The position numbers and the translations under genes are program-made. Below, in pieces: positions 47,266-58,791 of a stretch of DNA of 64,000 nt; the first letter of the stretch is position 1; each line of letters begins with the position of its first letter. This DNA comes from a bacterium (GTDB lineage: Bacteria; UBA8248), in contig OZ241875.1 in NCBI GenBank assembly GCA_965203325.1, positions 4,328,712-4,392,711 of the forward strand. The letters run 5' to 3'. The notes below the pieces were generated by a model that ran no database searches, was not told the origin of the DNA, and saw only the letters and a list, made by a program, of their open reading frames with translations.

Positions 47266-47763
47266 ATGGCGACAACAGATGTTGATGATCAAATATGGGC
47301 CCTTACCCAAGAGGTAGTTTCCGACCTTGGGTATGAATTGGTTGACATTGAGCTGACCGGTAATCGTAGCCGGCAAGTGATTCGGGTATATATTGAAAAG
47401 CCAGAAGGTATACTTCTCGCTGATTGTGTAGCCGTCAGCCGAAAACTCGGAGAACGTCTCGATGAGGAGGACGTCATTGAAAATTCTTATCGTCTTGAAA
47501 TATCAAGTCCTGGCATCGAGAGGCCTCTACGAAAAATCCAGGATTATGAACGTTATGTCGGACACCAAGTCCGGATACGCCTTAAGGGCAGGCTGAAGGG
47601 GAAAAGGAAAATTGCAGGTAAGTTGGACGAGGTTGAGGATAATATTGTCCGTATAATTTCACAGCATGGAGAGAAGGTTTCATTTTCTCTGGCCGATATC
47701 GCAAAAGCGAACTTGGATGTGGATTGGGATAAGGAATTTCAGGGCCCGAGGAGCACAAAATAG
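47266..47763 (+). CDS. rimP: Ribosome maturation factor
   Basis: GYELVDIE, DCVAVSR, YRLEISSPGIERPL. Confidence 0.95.
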   Translation: MATTDVDDQIWALTQEVVSDLGYELVDIELTGNRSRQVIRVYIEKPEGILLADCVAVSRKLGERLDEEDVIENSYRLEISSPGIERPLRKIQDYERYVGHQVRIRLKGRLKGKRKIAGKLDEVEDNIVRIISQHGEKVSFSLADIAKANLDVDWDKEFQGPRSTK

Positions 47764-47796
47764 TTTCAACTCAATCCATCATAGAGGAGTAGTTTA

Positions 47797-49146
47797 GTGA
47801 GTCAAGAATTAATTGCTGTCCTGACACAATTGGAACGAGAACGGGGCGTATCCAAAGAAGTGTTACTCGACACACTAAAAGTCGCGATGGCATCGGCTGC
47901 GAAGAAGCAATACGGTTTGGGTAAAAATGTAGACGTATCTTTTGATGAACAAACCGGTGAAATTGACGTCAAAGCAGCGAAAGAAGTCGTCAGGATCATT
48001 CAGAACCCCCAGAGTGAAATCCTTTTAGATGAGGCGCGCAAGGCAAACCCTGACATTCAGGTTGGAGATTTTCTTTCACAGGGTGTCGAAACAGAGGGGT
48101 TGGGCAGGATTGCCGCTCAAATCGCGAAACAGGTGATATTGCAGCGAGTAAGAGAGGCAGAGCGTGCGAATATTTACCAAGAATTCAAGGAACGTGAAGG
48201 TGATTTGATTACAGGGTCAGTCTCCCAAGTGGAACGCGGGAATATCTATGTAGATATTGGCCGAACTGAGGCGATCCTCCCTCGGCGGGAGCAAATATTC
48301 AGAGAGGTATATAAACGTGGAGACCGTATCCGCGCCTATATAATGGAAGTGCGCGAAATAACAAAGGGTCCTCAAATCGTTCTCAGTAGAACACATCCTG
48401 GATTGCTGATTCGTCTATTTGAAATGGAAGTGCCCGAAATTTATGACGGGATAGTGGCTATAAAAGGTTGCGTCCGAGAGCCTAGCGGACGTTCCAAAGT
48501 ATCCGTCGTAAGTCATGAGCGAGACATTGATCCCGTAGGCGCATGCGTAGGGACACGGGGCAGCCGCGTGCAATCGATTGTTCAAGAGCTAAGAGGAGAG
48601 AAGATTGATATCATCTCGTGGAGTGACGATATACGCACCTATGCGGCGAATGCGCTCAGCCCCGCGAAAATTCAGCACATTACTTTATTTGAAGAAGAAG
48701 GCAGAATGGAGGTGTTGGTGCCTGACGACCAGCTTTCCCTGGCGATTGGGAAAGGCGGCCAAAATGTTCGCTTGGCGGCAAAACTCCTGGGCTGGAAAAT
48801 CGATCTGAAAGGCGAGGGGGAGTATCGACGCATTATCGCCGAACAGGCATTTTCCAGCGATGAGCGAGAAGAGAACGGTGCTGGTGTGGAGGAGCAAGAC
48901 GAGAGCATTCAGCCTGCTGAGGTCGATGGAGGCTCTTCCGGTGAATTAGTAGAGCTAGAGCTTGTCGGCGAGAAAATGGCGCGGCTTTTAGCAGACAACG
49001 GTTTTTCTACAATTTCGGCGATTAGCGCCGCTTCGACGGATGAATTGTGTGAGGTTCCAGGAATTGGGCCGAAGAGAGCCGAACTGCTGATTGAAGCTGC
49101 CCGAGCTCATGAAAAAGCAACCGGATCGGAGCTTCCTGAGTCATGA
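47797..49146 (+). CDS. nusA: Transcription termination factor
   Basis: GRIAAQIAKQVI, DPVGACVG, LSLAIGKGGQNVRLA, C-terminal HhH. Confidence 0.97.
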   Translation: MSQELIAVLTQLERERGVSKEVLLDTLKVAMASAAKKQYGLGKNVDVSFDEQTGEIDVKAAKEVVRIIQNPQSEILLDEARKANPDIQVGDFLSQGVETEGLGRIAAQIAKQVILQRVREAERANIYQEFKEREGDLITGSVSQVERGNIYVDIGRTEAILPRREQIFREVYKRGDRIRAYIMEVREITKGPQIVLSRTHPGLLIRLFEMEVPEIYDGIVAIKGCVREPSGRSKVSVVSHERDIDPVGACVGTRGSRVQSIVQELRGEKIDIISWSDDIRTYAANALSPAKIQHITLFEEEGRMEVLVPDDQLSLAIGKGGQNVRLAAKLLGWKIDLKGEGEYRRIIAEQAFSSDEREENGAGVEEQDESIQPAEVDGGSSGELVELELVGEKMARLLADNGFSTISAISAASTDELCEVPGIGPKRAELLIEAARAHEKATGSELPES

Positions 49147-49161
49147 TGAAGGAATGACGGT

Positions 49162-49725
49162 TTGCCAGACAGAACATGTATAGCTTGCCGGAATAAAGGA
49201 GATGCGAATATTTTTTTTAGGATGGTAATAAGCCCCGTTGGGGGTATCGTTTGCGAGCTAGGAAGAAAATTGCCGGGAAGAGGGGCACATTGTTGTTTTG
49301 ACATGAATTGCATTTCAAAGTTTGTTTCTTCGAATCGCTTGAAAATTGCGCTGAAAAAAAGGCATTTCAAGATTGATTCGGACGAATTGCTTCAGAATGT
49401 GAGAATGCTTCTTAGGAGAAACCTCGAAGGCATGTTGATTGCTTCTAAGAGAAAGGGTGTACTTACCTTTGGGAAAGACGCGGTATTTAAGAAGGTAAAA
49501 CTCTCGAAAGTGGGAAAACCGTTTGTTTCCAAAGATACATCCTCCAAAAACTTGATAAACTTGAAGCGGATTTCTGAAGAATTTTATGTGCTCCCTTTTG
49601 CTATGAATGAACTCGGGGAGTTTTTTGATCGAAAACCGGTTGGCGTGTTATTTATAGATGACGCTCTTCTTGTAAACAGCATCTGCTTGCGCTTGGGACA
49701 GGAAAGAGCCATTAGTAATGGTTGA
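49162..49725 (+). CDS. YlxR (DUF448)-L7Ae-like fusion protein
   Basis: RTCIACR, GRGAHCC; C-terminal half resembles L7Ae (LTFG..V, ELG); canonical position between nusA and infB. Confidence 0.75.
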   Translation: MPDRTCIACRNKGDANIFFRMVISPVGGIVCELGRKLPGRGAHCCFDMNCISKFVSSNRLKIALKKRHFKIDSDELLQNVRMLLRRNLEGMLIASKRKGVLTFGKDAVFKKVKLSKVGKPFVSKDTSSKNLINLKRISEEFYVLPFAMNELGEFFDRKPVGVLFIDDALLVNSICLRLGQERAISNG

Positions 49726-49803
49726 AGCAAGAAATGCAGTGGGGTTCATCTTGGGTTTGTTTTGATTGGACAATGGATGTGAATCATCTGCAGTGGAGGT
49801 TTC

Positions 49804-52062
49804 ATGGCAAGCGTACGAGTATACCAACTGGCTAAAAATCTCGGATATGACAGCAGAACGTTTGTTGAGGAGTTGGCCAGGGAAGGAATCGTAGTTAAAA
49901 GCCATATGAGCACCGTGGATGATGAAACAGCAGAGCTTGTCATGGCGCTTTTTTCTCAGGAAGCACTCCAGGAGGAAAAAGAAGCTCCGGCAAGCAAGAC
50001 GGAAAAAAAGGTTTCCGTAAAAACGAAAGCTGCAACGCCGAAAAAAGCAACTGAGCCTACCTCCGAAGATGCAGAATCCCAGGAAGTGTCAACAGTCTCT
50101 CCTATCACTCAAGAAACGGCAGTTCAAACGAAAGTCGCACCAGAAGATGCCGCTGTTGACGAAAAGCCAAGTACGGGAAAAGACAAGGCTGGCACAGACG
50201 AACAAACAGTTTCAGATCACGCAACACCGTTGCCTGAAGATAACGTCCTCACACCATCCCCAAGTTCCAAAGTTGCTCGGGATGTCAGCACGGAGAAACC
50301 TTCTCGCCGACATGGGGGGCGTGTACGTATTGCAGAGACAATTACGGTGAAAGAACTTGCTGAGAAAATTAACGTGAAGGCGACGGAAGTTATCAAGGAA
50401 TTAATGAAAAAAGGCCAGATGACGACTATCAATCAAATGATTGATCACAATACGGCTACCGATATATCTGAGACCTTCGGCTATGAAGTTGAAATATCGA
50501 AAGACAATATTGAAGATCTGCTGATTCAGGAAGAGGACAGAGAAGAAGATCTTTTGCCCAGATCCCCCGTTATAACAATTATGGGTCATGTTGATCATGG
50601 CAAAACAAGGCTTCTCGACGCCATCCGCAAAGCCAACGTAATGGAAGGCGAAGCAGGCGGGATCACGCAGCATATTGGCGCCTACCGGGTTACTACGGAC
50701 AAGGGGACGGCTGTATTTCTAGATACCCCGGGACACGAAGCCTTTACAGCGATGAGGGCGCGTGGGGCACAAGTAACAGATTTGGTAATCATCGTAGTGG
50801 CTGCGAATGAAGGCGTTATGCCTCAAACTCGAGAGGCAATCGATCATGCGAAAGCCGCCGGAGTTCCGATTATGGTGGCGATGAATAAGATGGACTTGGC
50901 AGACGCTAATCCCGACAGAGTAAAACAGCAACTCTCGACATTGGATTTAATCCCGGAAGATTGGGGTGGAGATACGGTTTATTCTGAAATTTCCGCAAAA
51001 GAGAACATTGGAATTGATGATCTTTTGGACCTCGCCATTCTTCAGGCTGAACTCATGGAGTTGAAAGCGAACCCGGGCCGGCTTGCCAGCGGTATTGTTG
51101 TGGAAGCGAAGCTGGATAGGGGCCGTGGGCCAGTAGCTACTGTTTTGGTTCAACGAGGTACTTTGAATGTGAGTGATAACTTTGTGGCCGGTAAATGGAA
51201 TGGCAAAGTTCGCGCACTATTAGATGATCAGGGGCGAAAGTTGAAGTTCGCAGGACCTTCTACGCCAGTAGAAATTTTAGGATTCGCCGGTGTTCCAGAG
51301 GCTGGTGATACATTTACGGTTTTAGAAGATGACAAGATGGCGAGAGAGATAAGCGCAAGGCGTCAACAACGTGAACGTATGGCGGCGCTTATGGCTTCTG
51401 CGCGTGTTTCTTTGGAAAGTTTCATGGAAAGCGTAAAAGAAGGACAGGTGAAAGAACTGAGCTTAATCTTGAAGGCGGATGTGCAGGGAAGCATAGAAGC
51501 ATTGAAAGAATCTTTGGGTAAGCTAGGAAATGAGGAAGTGGGAGTTAAGGTGCTGCATAGTGCGGTAGGTGGCATCACAGAAACCGACGTGATGCTTGCA
51601 GCTGCCTCGGCAGCCGTAATCGTAGGTTTTAACGTTCGTCCGACGCCGGGAGCTAGAGAAGTCGCAAAACATGAAAAAGTAGACATCCGATTATATTCTG
51701 TCATCTATGATGCTATTGATGAAATTAAGTCGGCTCTTGAAGGAATACTCGAACCCGCTCAGCAAGAAGTAGTACGTGGACACGCAGAAATCCGGGAACT
51801 ATTCCATGTCCCCAATGTGGGAACCATAGCGGGTTGTTATGTCACTGACGGAAATATCAACAGAAATTCGAATGTGCGTCTCATCCGGGATAATGTAGTC
51901 ATATATACGGGCAAAATTTCATCTTTGAGGCGGTTCAAAGATGATGTAAACGAGGTGCAATCCGGTTATGAGTGTGGGATCGGAATTGAAAATTATAATG
52001 ACATCAAGCAAGGCGATATCATAGAACCATATGTTACGGAAGAAGTATCTCGGACGCTTTAG
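49804..52062 (+). CDS. infB: Translation initiation factor IF-2
   Basis: [36 protein letters not shown]. Confidence 0.98.
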   Translation: MASVRVYQLAKNLGYDSRTFVEELAREGIVVKSHMSTVDDETAELVMALFSQEALQEEKEAPASKTEKKVSVKTKAATPKKATEPTSEDAESQEVSTVSPITQETAVQTKVAPEDAAVDEKPSTGKDKAGTDEQTVSDHATPLPEDNVLTPSPSSKVARDVSTEKPSRRHGGRVRIAETITVKELAEKINVKATEVIKELMKKGQMTTINQMIDHNTATDISETFGYEVEISKDNIEDLLIQEEDREEDLLPRSPVITIMGHVDHGKTRLLDAIRKANVMEGEAGGITQHIGAYRVTTDKGTAVFLDTPGHEAFTAMRARGAQVTDLVIIVVAANEGVMPQTREAIDHAKAAGVPIMVAMNKMDLADANPDRVKQQLSTLDLIPEDWGGDTVYSEISAKENIGIDDLLDLAILQAELMELKANPGRLASGIVVEAKLDRGRGPVATVLVQRGTLNVSDNFVAGKWNGKVRALLDDQGRKLKFAGPSTPVEILGFAGVPEAGDTFTVLEDDKMAREISARRQQRERMAALMASARVSLESFMESVKEGQVKELSLILKADVQGSIEALKESLGKLGNEEVGVKVLHSAVGGITETDVMLAAASAAVIVGFNVRPTPGAREVAKHEKVDIRLYSVIYDAIDEIKSALEGILEPAQQEVVRGHAEIRELFHVPNVGTIAGCYVTDGNINRNSNVRLIRDNVVIYTGKISSLRRFKDDVNEVQSGYECGIGIENYNDIKQGDIIEPYVTEEVSRTL

Positions 52063-52098
52063 GTTGATTTATTTGGATTTTTTTGAAATCTTCACTCC

Positions 52099-52383
52099 AT
52101 GCCTGTCGTTGGTCTTTTGAAAATCGATGTTCAAATACCTGAATGCCGTTCGCTCAAAGCAAAGCGTAAGATAGTTCAGTCGATCACCTCACGCCTGCGT
52201 CAAAGATTTAATGTATCTGTCGCTGAGGTCGATTTCCAAGACAAGTGGCAGAGGTGTCGTATCGGCGTGAGTGTCGTAAGCAATGACAGTCGGTTTGTAG
52301 ATAGCCAGCTTCGAAAAGTGCTGAATTGCCTTGAAGGAATGGGGTTAGCGAATGTATTGGATTTTGATATCGAGATTTTTTGA
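52099..52383 (+). CDS. DUF503 (YlxP) protein
   Basis: SLKAKR, FNVSVAEVD.QD.WQ. Confidence 0.9.
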   Translation: MPVVGLLKIDVQIPECRSLKAKRKIVQSITSRLRQRFNVSVAEVDFQDKWQRCRIGVSVVSNDSRFVDSQLRKVLNCLEGMGLANVLDFDIEIF

Positions 52384-52407
52384 AATCTATGGAGAACAAT
52401 TGAAAGC

Positions 52408-52761
52408 ATGAATAATTCTCGCATGCTGCGGGTAGCGGAACTTATACAATCCGAAATCGCGAATATGGTGATGAGGGACGTGAAGGATCCGCGTGTGCAA
52501 CATGTTGTGATTACTCGAGTAGAAATGTCTCCGGATTTAAGAGTAGCGAAGGTGTACTTTAGCCGATACGGTGAAAATCAAGGAAATGTTGAAGAGACGG
52601 AAGAGGGATTCAAGGGACTCGAACGCGCCAGTGGATTCTTGCAGAGAAAACTTGCCGAACGTTTGCAATTGAAAAGTACGCCCAGGCTAAAATTCTTTTT
52701 TGATCACAGTTTGGCGTACAGCGCCGAGATTGAACGTTTGTTATCCGATGTAAAGAGATAA
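52408..52761 (+). CDS. rbfA: Ribosome-binding factor A
   Basis: VKDPR, SPDLRVAKVY, ASGFLQ, TPRLKFFFD. Confidence 0.95.
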   Translation: MNNSRMLRVAELIQSEIANMVMRDVKDPRVQHVVITRVEMSPDLRVAKVYFSRYGENQGNVEETEEGFKGLERASGFLQRKLAERLQLKSTPRLKFFFDHSLAYSAEIERLLSDVKR

Positions 52762-52778
52762 GTTCGAGAAAGGATGAG

Positions 52779-53708
52779 ATGTTGGAAATATCGGGTGTTT
52801 TGAATCTGAAGAAACAGCATGGTCCTACTTCACACGATATGGTTGATGAAGTGAGAAAGCTGCTCCCTGGAAAAACAAAAGCGGGGCATGCAGGCACACT
52901 TGACCCTATGGCCGAAGGAGTGTTGCCGATTTGTATCGGTCCCTCAACGAAATTGTTCTCATATTTTTTGGAGTGCAAGAAAACGTATCGGGCTGTCATG
53001 TTGTTTGGACGAGTCACGGACACCCAAGACATAACGGGAAAATTGCTGTTCGAATCTGAGCCTGGGGATATTACACTATCTCGAGCCCAAGAGCTTCTGA
53101 ATGCAATGTTGGGCAAGACAAAGCAGTTGCCTCCGATGTATTCTGCTTTGAAAGCGAATGGAAAGCGTCTGCATGAATTAGCGCGCTCTGGCAAGGAAAT
53201 TGAAAGAGAAAAACGACCTATCGAGGTGTTTAGAATTAAGGCAATCGGTATAGATGGCCCCCAACTTACTTTTGATGTTACATGTTCTCGGGGAACGTAT
53301 ATTCGCTCTATTTGTCATGATGTCGGTGCCAATCATGGAGCCGGCGGGTGTTTGCAAGCACTCACGCGAACTGCTTTGGGCCCGTTTGAACTCGCGGATT
53401 CGGTTTCTCTCGAAGATGCTCGGCAACATTCGAAAGAAAGACGCCTTAAAGATATTCTCATGAGTCCGGCACAGGCTCTCGCACATTTACCTGCCATTTA
53501 TGTTCGCCCGAGAGCGGAGGTGCGGGTATTGAATGGTGCTATGATCAGGTTCGAAGATGTTCGGGAAGTCGTTGACTTGCCGGTAGATACTCGTGTCCGC
53601 ATGCTGAATGAACCGGGTGAGTTATTGGCAGTCGGAAAGTTGGTCCATGAAAACAAACGAAAACGAAGTCAGGGGTTTGTCGCCCCTGAAAAAGTGTTTG
53701 TCACCTAG
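52779..53708 (+). CDS. truB: tRNA pseudouridine(55) synthase
   Basis: GHAGTLDP, PPMYSALK, CSRGTYIRS. Confidence 0.96.
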   Translation: MLEISGVLNLKKQHGPTSHDMVDEVRKLLPGKTKAGHAGTLDPMAEGVLPICIGPSTKLFSYFLECKKTYRAVMLFGRVTDTQDITGKLLFESEPGDITLSRAQELLNAMLGKTKQLPPMYSALKANGKRLHELARSGKEIEREKRPIEVFRIKAIGIDGPQLTFDVTCSRGTYIRSICHDVGANHGAGGCLQALTRTALGPFELADSVSLEDARQHSKERRLKDILMSPAQALAHLPAIYVRPRAEVRVLNGAMIRFEDVREVVDLPVDTRVRMLNEPGELLAVGKLVHENKRKRSQGFVAPEKVFVT

Positions 53709-53842
53709 ATTCAAGAGAATATCTGCTCCGTATTTACATTGATGGAAAAGTCGTATAGAATCCGCCCGTTTTCGTGAAGTTCCGCCAATGTAATTTAGCA
53801 GGTTCGAGAGCGGCAATATAAGCAGTGGAGGAAGTGACAGAA

Positions 53843-54112
53843 ATGCCCCTAGCAAAGGAGCGAAAATCGGAAGTTATCGGAAAATTTCGCACACATGACA
53901 CCGATACTGGTTCACCAGAAGTGCAGGTAGCTATTCTGACCGAGCGTATTACCTACCTCACAGACCATTTCAAGACCCACAAGAAAGATCATCATTCCCG
54001 AAGAGGTCTATTGAAACTCGTGGGTCAGCGGCGTCGCCTCCTTGATTATCTGAAAGAGAAGGACATCAACCGCTACCGCACGATAATTCAGGATCTTGGC
54101 CTGCGTCGTTAG
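53843..54112 (+). CDS. rpsO: 30S ribosomal protein S15
   Basis: [34 protein letters not shown]. Confidence 0.98.
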   Translation: MPLAKERKSEVIGKFRTHDTDTGSPEVQVAILTERITYLTDHFKTHKKDHHSRRGLLKLVGQRRRLLDYLKEKDINRYRTIIQDLGLRR

Positions 54113-54144
54113 ATGTGGGTCTTGCCTCAGAGGGAAGCAATCTA

Positions 54145-56280
54145 ATGCCACCGTATCGTAAAGACATTTCTATCAACGGTTATACACTTGCATTCGAAAC
54201 GGGTGAGATAGCCAAGCAAGCCGGTGGTGCTGTAATGATGCATTATGGTGAAACCAGTGTGCTGTGTACGGCTTGTGCTTCGCACTCTCCGCGTGAGGGA
54301 ATAGATTTTTTCCCGCTTACCGTTGACTACCGAGAATTTTTCTATGCCGCAGGAATTATTCCCGGCAACTTTTTCCGGCGCGAAGCAAAACCTGGCGAGA
54401 GGGAAACATTAACTTGTCGTTTGATTGATAGGCCGATTCGTCCTCTATTTCCCAAAGAATTTCGTTGTGAGACGATGATTCAGGTTATGGTCATGTCTTA
54501 CGATAAGTTGAATGATTCCGACATCTTGGCAATCAACGGGACCTCTGCCGCCCTCCACATTTCGGATATCCCTTTTGCCGGCCCTATCGGTGCTGTTCGC
54601 GTTGGGCGAATTGATGGCGAGATTATCGTCAATCCGACGGTCGAACAACAAATTGACAGCGATCTGAATTGTGTAATGGCTGGAACTTCGGACGCGATAG
54701 TCATGGTGGAAGCAGGCAGTTTTGAAGTTTCAGAAGACGTCTACATGGAAGCGTTTGAGCAAGGCCATTCTGTGATTAAAGAGTTGTGCGCTATGCAGGA
54801 TGAACTAAGAGCAGAATGTGGGAAGACGAAACGCGTCGTCGAGCCTGAAGAAGAAAATGCGGAACTCATGGAGAAGGTTCGTGAAATTGTTGTTCCAAAA
54901 TTAAAGACGGCTGCCGAGATTCACGACAAAATGGGACAATACGGCGCAATTGATGAGGCGAAAGCTGCTGCAATTGATTCTCTTTGCAGTGACGAAGAGG
55001 GAGCTCCCGATGGGGGAGTCGTCTCTGAGTATTTTGGCAAAATCGAAAAAGAAGTTTTCCGTGGCTTGATTCTGGATGAGAACAAACGTTCTGATGGGCG
55101 GGGGCTCCGTGATGTCAGGCCGATTACCATCAGGATATCGCCCCTTTCCAGACCCCATGGCAGTGCACTGTTCACGCGAGGTGAGACCCAGGCGCTGGTG
55201 ACCGTAACGCTCGGAACTGCCTCCGAAGCGCAATTGATAGACAGCTTGGACGGGAAAGCCGACAGGACTTTTCTGCTGCACTATAATTTTCCCGGATTCA
55301 GTGTTGGTGAAGCGAAACCGAACCGCGGTCCTGGCCGCCGTGAGATTGGGCATGGTGCGCTGGCTTCTCGCGCTGTGCAGGCGATATTGCCTGAGCAGGA
55401 AAATTTTCCCTACACGATTCGCGTGGTTTCAGACATCACGGAAAGTAATGGCAGTTCATCCATGGCGAGCATCTGCGGTGCCAGCTTGGCCTTGATGAAT
55501 GCGGGCGTACCGATAACCTCTCCGGTGGCCGGCATTGCCATGGGTTTGATTAGTGAAGAATCGACCGGGAGAACGGCGATACTGACCGACATCCTCGGTC
55601 TTGAAGATCATTTGGGAGATATGGACTTCAAGGTTGGCGGCACGCGCCATGGCATTACCGCCCTGCAGATGGATATCAAGATCAAAGGGTTGCAGTTGAG
55701 TCTCGTAAGAGAGGCTTTGGCGCAGGCCAACGACGCCAGGATGCATGTCCTGGATCAAATGGACAAGGTGATTTCCCAGCCAAGCGAAGATATTTCTCCC
55801 TACGCGCCCAGAATCATGACGATGCAGGTTTCCAAGGACCGTGTGAGGGATGTCATTGGGCCTGGTGGAAAGGTGATTCGAGGCATTGTCGAAGAGACTG
55901 GAGCAGATGTAGATATTGAGGACGATGGAACCATCTTCATCTCTTCCACGGATGAGGCGGCGGCCCTGAGGGCGATTGAAATCATTCGTGAACTCACCCA
56001 GGAAGCAGAGAAGGGAACGATCTACTACGGAACAGTCAGAAAAATCATGGATTTCGGAGCATTCGTCGAAATTTTCCCGGGAACGGATGGTCTTTGCCAT
56101 ATCAGCATGATCGCCAAGAAGAGAATCGGCTCAGTGAATGATGTCCTGAAAGAAGGTCAGAAAGTCCTGGTGAAGTGCATCGAAGTGGAAGGCAACGGGA
56201 GAATTCGCCTCTCGATGAAAGATGTTACGGAGGAAGAGTTGCCCGAAGAATGGAAGCAATTCTATGCGCCTGTGACTTGA
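54145..56280 (+). CDS. pnp: Polyribonucleotide nucleotidyltransferase
   Basis: [44 protein letters not shown] and S1 domains. Confidence 0.98.
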   Translation: MPPYRKDISINGYTLAFETGEIAKQAGGAVMMHYGETSVLCTACASHSPREGIDFFPLTVDYREFFYAAGIIPGNFFRREAKPGERETLTCRLIDRPIRPLFPKEFRCETMIQVMVMSYDKLNDSDILAINGTSAALHISDIPFAGPIGAVRVGRIDGEIIVNPTVEQQIDSDLNCVMAGTSDAIVMVEAGSFEVSEDVYMEAFEQGHSVIKELCAMQDELRAECGKTKRVVEPEEENAELMEKVREIVVPKLKTAAEIHDKMGQYGAIDEAKAAAIDSLCSDEEGAPDGGVVSEYFGKIEKEVFRGLILDENKRSDGRGLRDVRPITIRISPLSRPHGSALFTRGETQALVTVTLGTASEAQLIDSLDGKADRTFLLHYNFPGFSVGEAKPNRGPGRREIGHGALASRAVQAILPEQENFPYTIRVVSDITESNGSSSMASICGASLALMNAGVPITSPVAGIAMGLISEESTGRTAILTDILGLEDHLGDMDFKVGGTRHGITALQMDIKIKGLQLSLVREALAQANDARMHVLDQMDKVISQPSEDISPYAPRIMTMQVSKDRVRDVIGPGGKVIRGIVEETGADVDIEDDGTIFISSTDEAAALRAIEIIRELTQEAEKGTIYYGTVRKIMDFGAFVEIFPGTDGLCHISMIAKKRIGSVNDVLKEGQKVLVKCIEVEGNGRIRLSMKDVTEEELPEEWKQFYAPVT

Positions 56281-56304
56281 TGTTTCCAGAGTTTGATGTG
56301 TGCG

Positions 56305-56330
56305 CCGGCCTCCCAGGAGGCCGGTTTTTT
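56305..56330 (+). terminator. Rho-independent terminator after pnp
   Basis: CCGGCCTCC-CA-GGAGGCCGG-TTTTTT. Confidence 0.88.
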
Positions 56331-56417
56331 GGTTTCTTCCTGGCAAAATGAGATGCAGTGTGCTTCTTGGCTCGTTTGTGTCACGAGATAATTCTTTATG
56401 AAAATCCAGAGGGTAAA

Positions 56418-57506
56418 ATGAGCAAAACGTCATTAGGTGTGGGTGTTATAGGTTCGGGGAGAATCGGGACTTTGCGGGCGAATCTGGTCTCGCATCACCC
56501 GTCTCTTGAGTTTTTGGCGGTATCCGACATCGATCAGGATCGCGCGAAAGAATTGGGAGAGCAGGTAGGCGCCCAACTCGCTACCGGCAAAAATGAAGAA
56601 GTAATCGAACATCCGGATGTCACGACTGTCATCGTGTCCACGCCCGAGCATGACCACGCCGATTCCATCATCCATGCCCTGGAATTGGGCAAGCCTGTGT
56701 TGGTGGAAAAACCCATTTCCCTGACTTTGGAGGATTCCGACCGCATACTCTCGGTCGCCGAGAGAACGGGCACCGAACTCAGGGTAGGTTATGCCCAAAG
56801 ATTCAAACGCCGTTACCAGTTGGCGAAAGAGCAAATCGTTCAAGGAAGGCTGGGGGAAATTCTCGCAGGCACGGGCCGGACCTGTAACACCCGCGCGCAG
56901 GGACTGCAGATTCTCAAGCGCTCCCCGCATGCAACGCCGGTTCTCGACGTGCTCACGTATTGGGTGGATATGTCCTGCTGGTTCCTGGAGGGTCATCGAC
57001 CGGTGGAAGTGGTCGCCCGGGGAAACGGGAAAATATATAAAGAACACGGCTATTCGGCGAACGATGTCACTTGGTCTATCGTCACCTTCGATAACGGAGC
57101 TGTGATGAATTTGGGTGTTTTTTATGCCCTGCCTGCGAAATATCCGGCGCTGGGACAAAGTGTGAGGATGGAGATTTACGGTACGGATGGCGTTTTAATG
57201 CTGGATGAAGACCACAAGGATGAGATGCTCTATACCGACAAGGGAATTCCTCACACATATATTCCCGACCACCACATCAACACGGCATTCTTAAGCAGCA
57301 CGACTCCCGGGGACTGGGCGGCGGGTGATTATTGGGGTCCGCTGGGGGATGAAACAAGGAGTTGGCTGGATCATGTCATCAACGGGAGGCCGACTACTCA
57401 CGCCACGGCCGAGGAGGCGCGCCAAACCCTGGAAGTGACGATAGCGATGGAACTGTCTTCTCAAACGGGTGACGCCGTGCAATTGCCATTGGGGGAGGGG
57501 CATTAA
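56418..57506 (+). CDS. Gfo/Idh/MocA family oxidoreductase
   Basis: GVIGSGRIG, TPEHDH, VLVEKP. Confidence 0.92.
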   Translation: MSKTSLGVGVIGSGRIGTLRANLVSHHPSLEFLAVSDIDQDRAKELGEQVGAQLATGKNEEVIEHPDVTTVIVSTPEHDHADSIIHALELGKPVLVEKPISLTLEDSDRILSVAERTGTELRVGYAQRFKRRYQLAKEQIVQGRLGEILAGTGRTCNTRAQGLQILKRSPHATPVLDVLTYWVDMSCWFLEGHRPVEVVARGNGKIYKEHGYSANDVTWSIVTFDNGAVMNLGVFYALPAKYPALGQSVRMEIYGTDGVLMLDEDHKDEMLYTDKGIPHTYIPDHHINTAFLSSTTPGDWAAGDYWGPLGDETRSWLDHVINGRPTTHATAEEARQTLEVTIAMELSSQTGDAVQLPLGEGH

Positions 57507-57619
57507 GAAGTACGCTCGGATAGAGATGTCCCCTATGGTGTCGTTCCGTTTGACGTTTTTCGCACGATTCGGATTTGGACTCACAAACACCAATAAATCA
57601 ACGACATCCCCTGTTTCAC

Positions 57620-58621
57620 CTAGGCATTTTCTTTTAGCGCGGTATAATCCTTCGTGTAGTTAGGAGCCGGGGTTGCTCCTTGTCCCTGGATAATGTGAAT
57701 TTTCCCTTCGGTTCGGTCGGCGTTTCTGAATCCGCGCTGCACGCCGGTGGGCACCCAGCAGGCATCCCAAGGGTCGAGAACGGCCTGATGGATCTCTCCG
57801 CGCTCGTCGGCCCAGTAGACGACCCATTTGCCTTCCAGCGCGATAAAAAGTTCCTCGCATGGGTGGTCATGAAGCGGGGCGCCGCGGCCATTGCCGCATT
57901 CGACCATGGCGTACCCTATTTCGCCTTCGGAGAGAGAAGGTGGTGGTCCGTCCTCCCTGTCCCCGGAAACGCCGCCGATATAGCGCCTGAGCGAACGAAC
58001 TCCCTCGGGGAGCGAGGCTTCGTAATAAACTTTCCAGTTGCGAGGACATTCCTCATGACGGACCAACTGGGTGGCCGGATCATAGGCGGGTTGTTTGACG
58101 TAAGCTTCCGTCCTGGCGTCATCGGGCAACCCTTCCTGCAGCGATTCATGGTAGACGGGATATTGGTAGTCGCCCTGGCCATGGATGAAATGAATAAACC
58201 CGTCATCTTTGCCGACGTTTCTGAACCCGCGCATGATACCCGATGGTACGCGGATGAGGTCGTATTTGCCCAGTATAACGTTTTTAAGTGCTTTGGTTTC
58301 AAACTCTTCCCAGTAAATCTCGAATTCACCTTCCCAGACCATGAAAATCTCTTCATCCGGATGATCGTGAAGCGGAGCGCCGTTATTGGGAGGGGTCATG
58401 GCGATCCCGCAGGTAAATTCCCATCCGGGGAGGGGAGAACGCAGATCTTGACCGGAAATGCCGCCGATGTAGCGGTAAATCGCGCGGTGATTCCCCTCGC
58501 CATGCGATTCGTGATATTCACCCCAGTCAGGCATCATTTCGCCGAAGCGAATGACCGTAACGGGCGCCACCGTAGTTTTAGGCTTGAGAGTTTGCTGGCT
58601 TGAATTATTGGAAGTATTCAT
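57620..58621 (-). CDS. Bicupin (tandem cupin) protein
   Basis: Internal duplication: GAPLHDHPDEE...GIMRGFRN and GAPLHDHPCEE...GVQRGFRN. Confidence 0.88.
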   Translation of the reverse strand: MNTSNNSSQQTLKPKTTVAPVTVIRFGEMMPDWGEYHESHGEGNHRAIYRYIGGISGQDLRSPLPGWEFTCGIAMTPPNNGAPLHDHPDEEIFMVWEGEFEIYWEEFETKALKNVILGKYDLIRVPSGIMRGFRNVGKDDGFIHFIHGQGDYQYPVYHESLQEGLPDDARTEAYVKQPAYDPATQLVRHEECPRNWKVYYEASLPEGVRSLRRYIGGVSGDREDGPPPSLSEGEIGYAMVECGNGRGAPLHDHPCEELFIALEGKWVVYWADERGEIHQAVLDPWDACWVPTGVQRGFRNADRTEGKIHIIQGQGATPAPNYTKDYTALKENA

Positions 58622-58791
58622 TCTTGGTTCTCCTCGACTGTGAGAATTACCATTTCTCCAACTACGCATTTGCTCGCATTTGCTGTAAATGGCGATCAGG
58701 GTGAATATGTTATCACCACCTCGGGAGTATTGCTATCCTTGGTTTTGGGGTGGATTGTAAAGAGTGGATTTTAGATTCAGAGGGTAATCAT

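Noticed and set aside
49162..49725. YlxR-L7Ae fusion as a novelty
   Set aside because: These genes are normally adjacent in the nusA-infB operon and fusions are known
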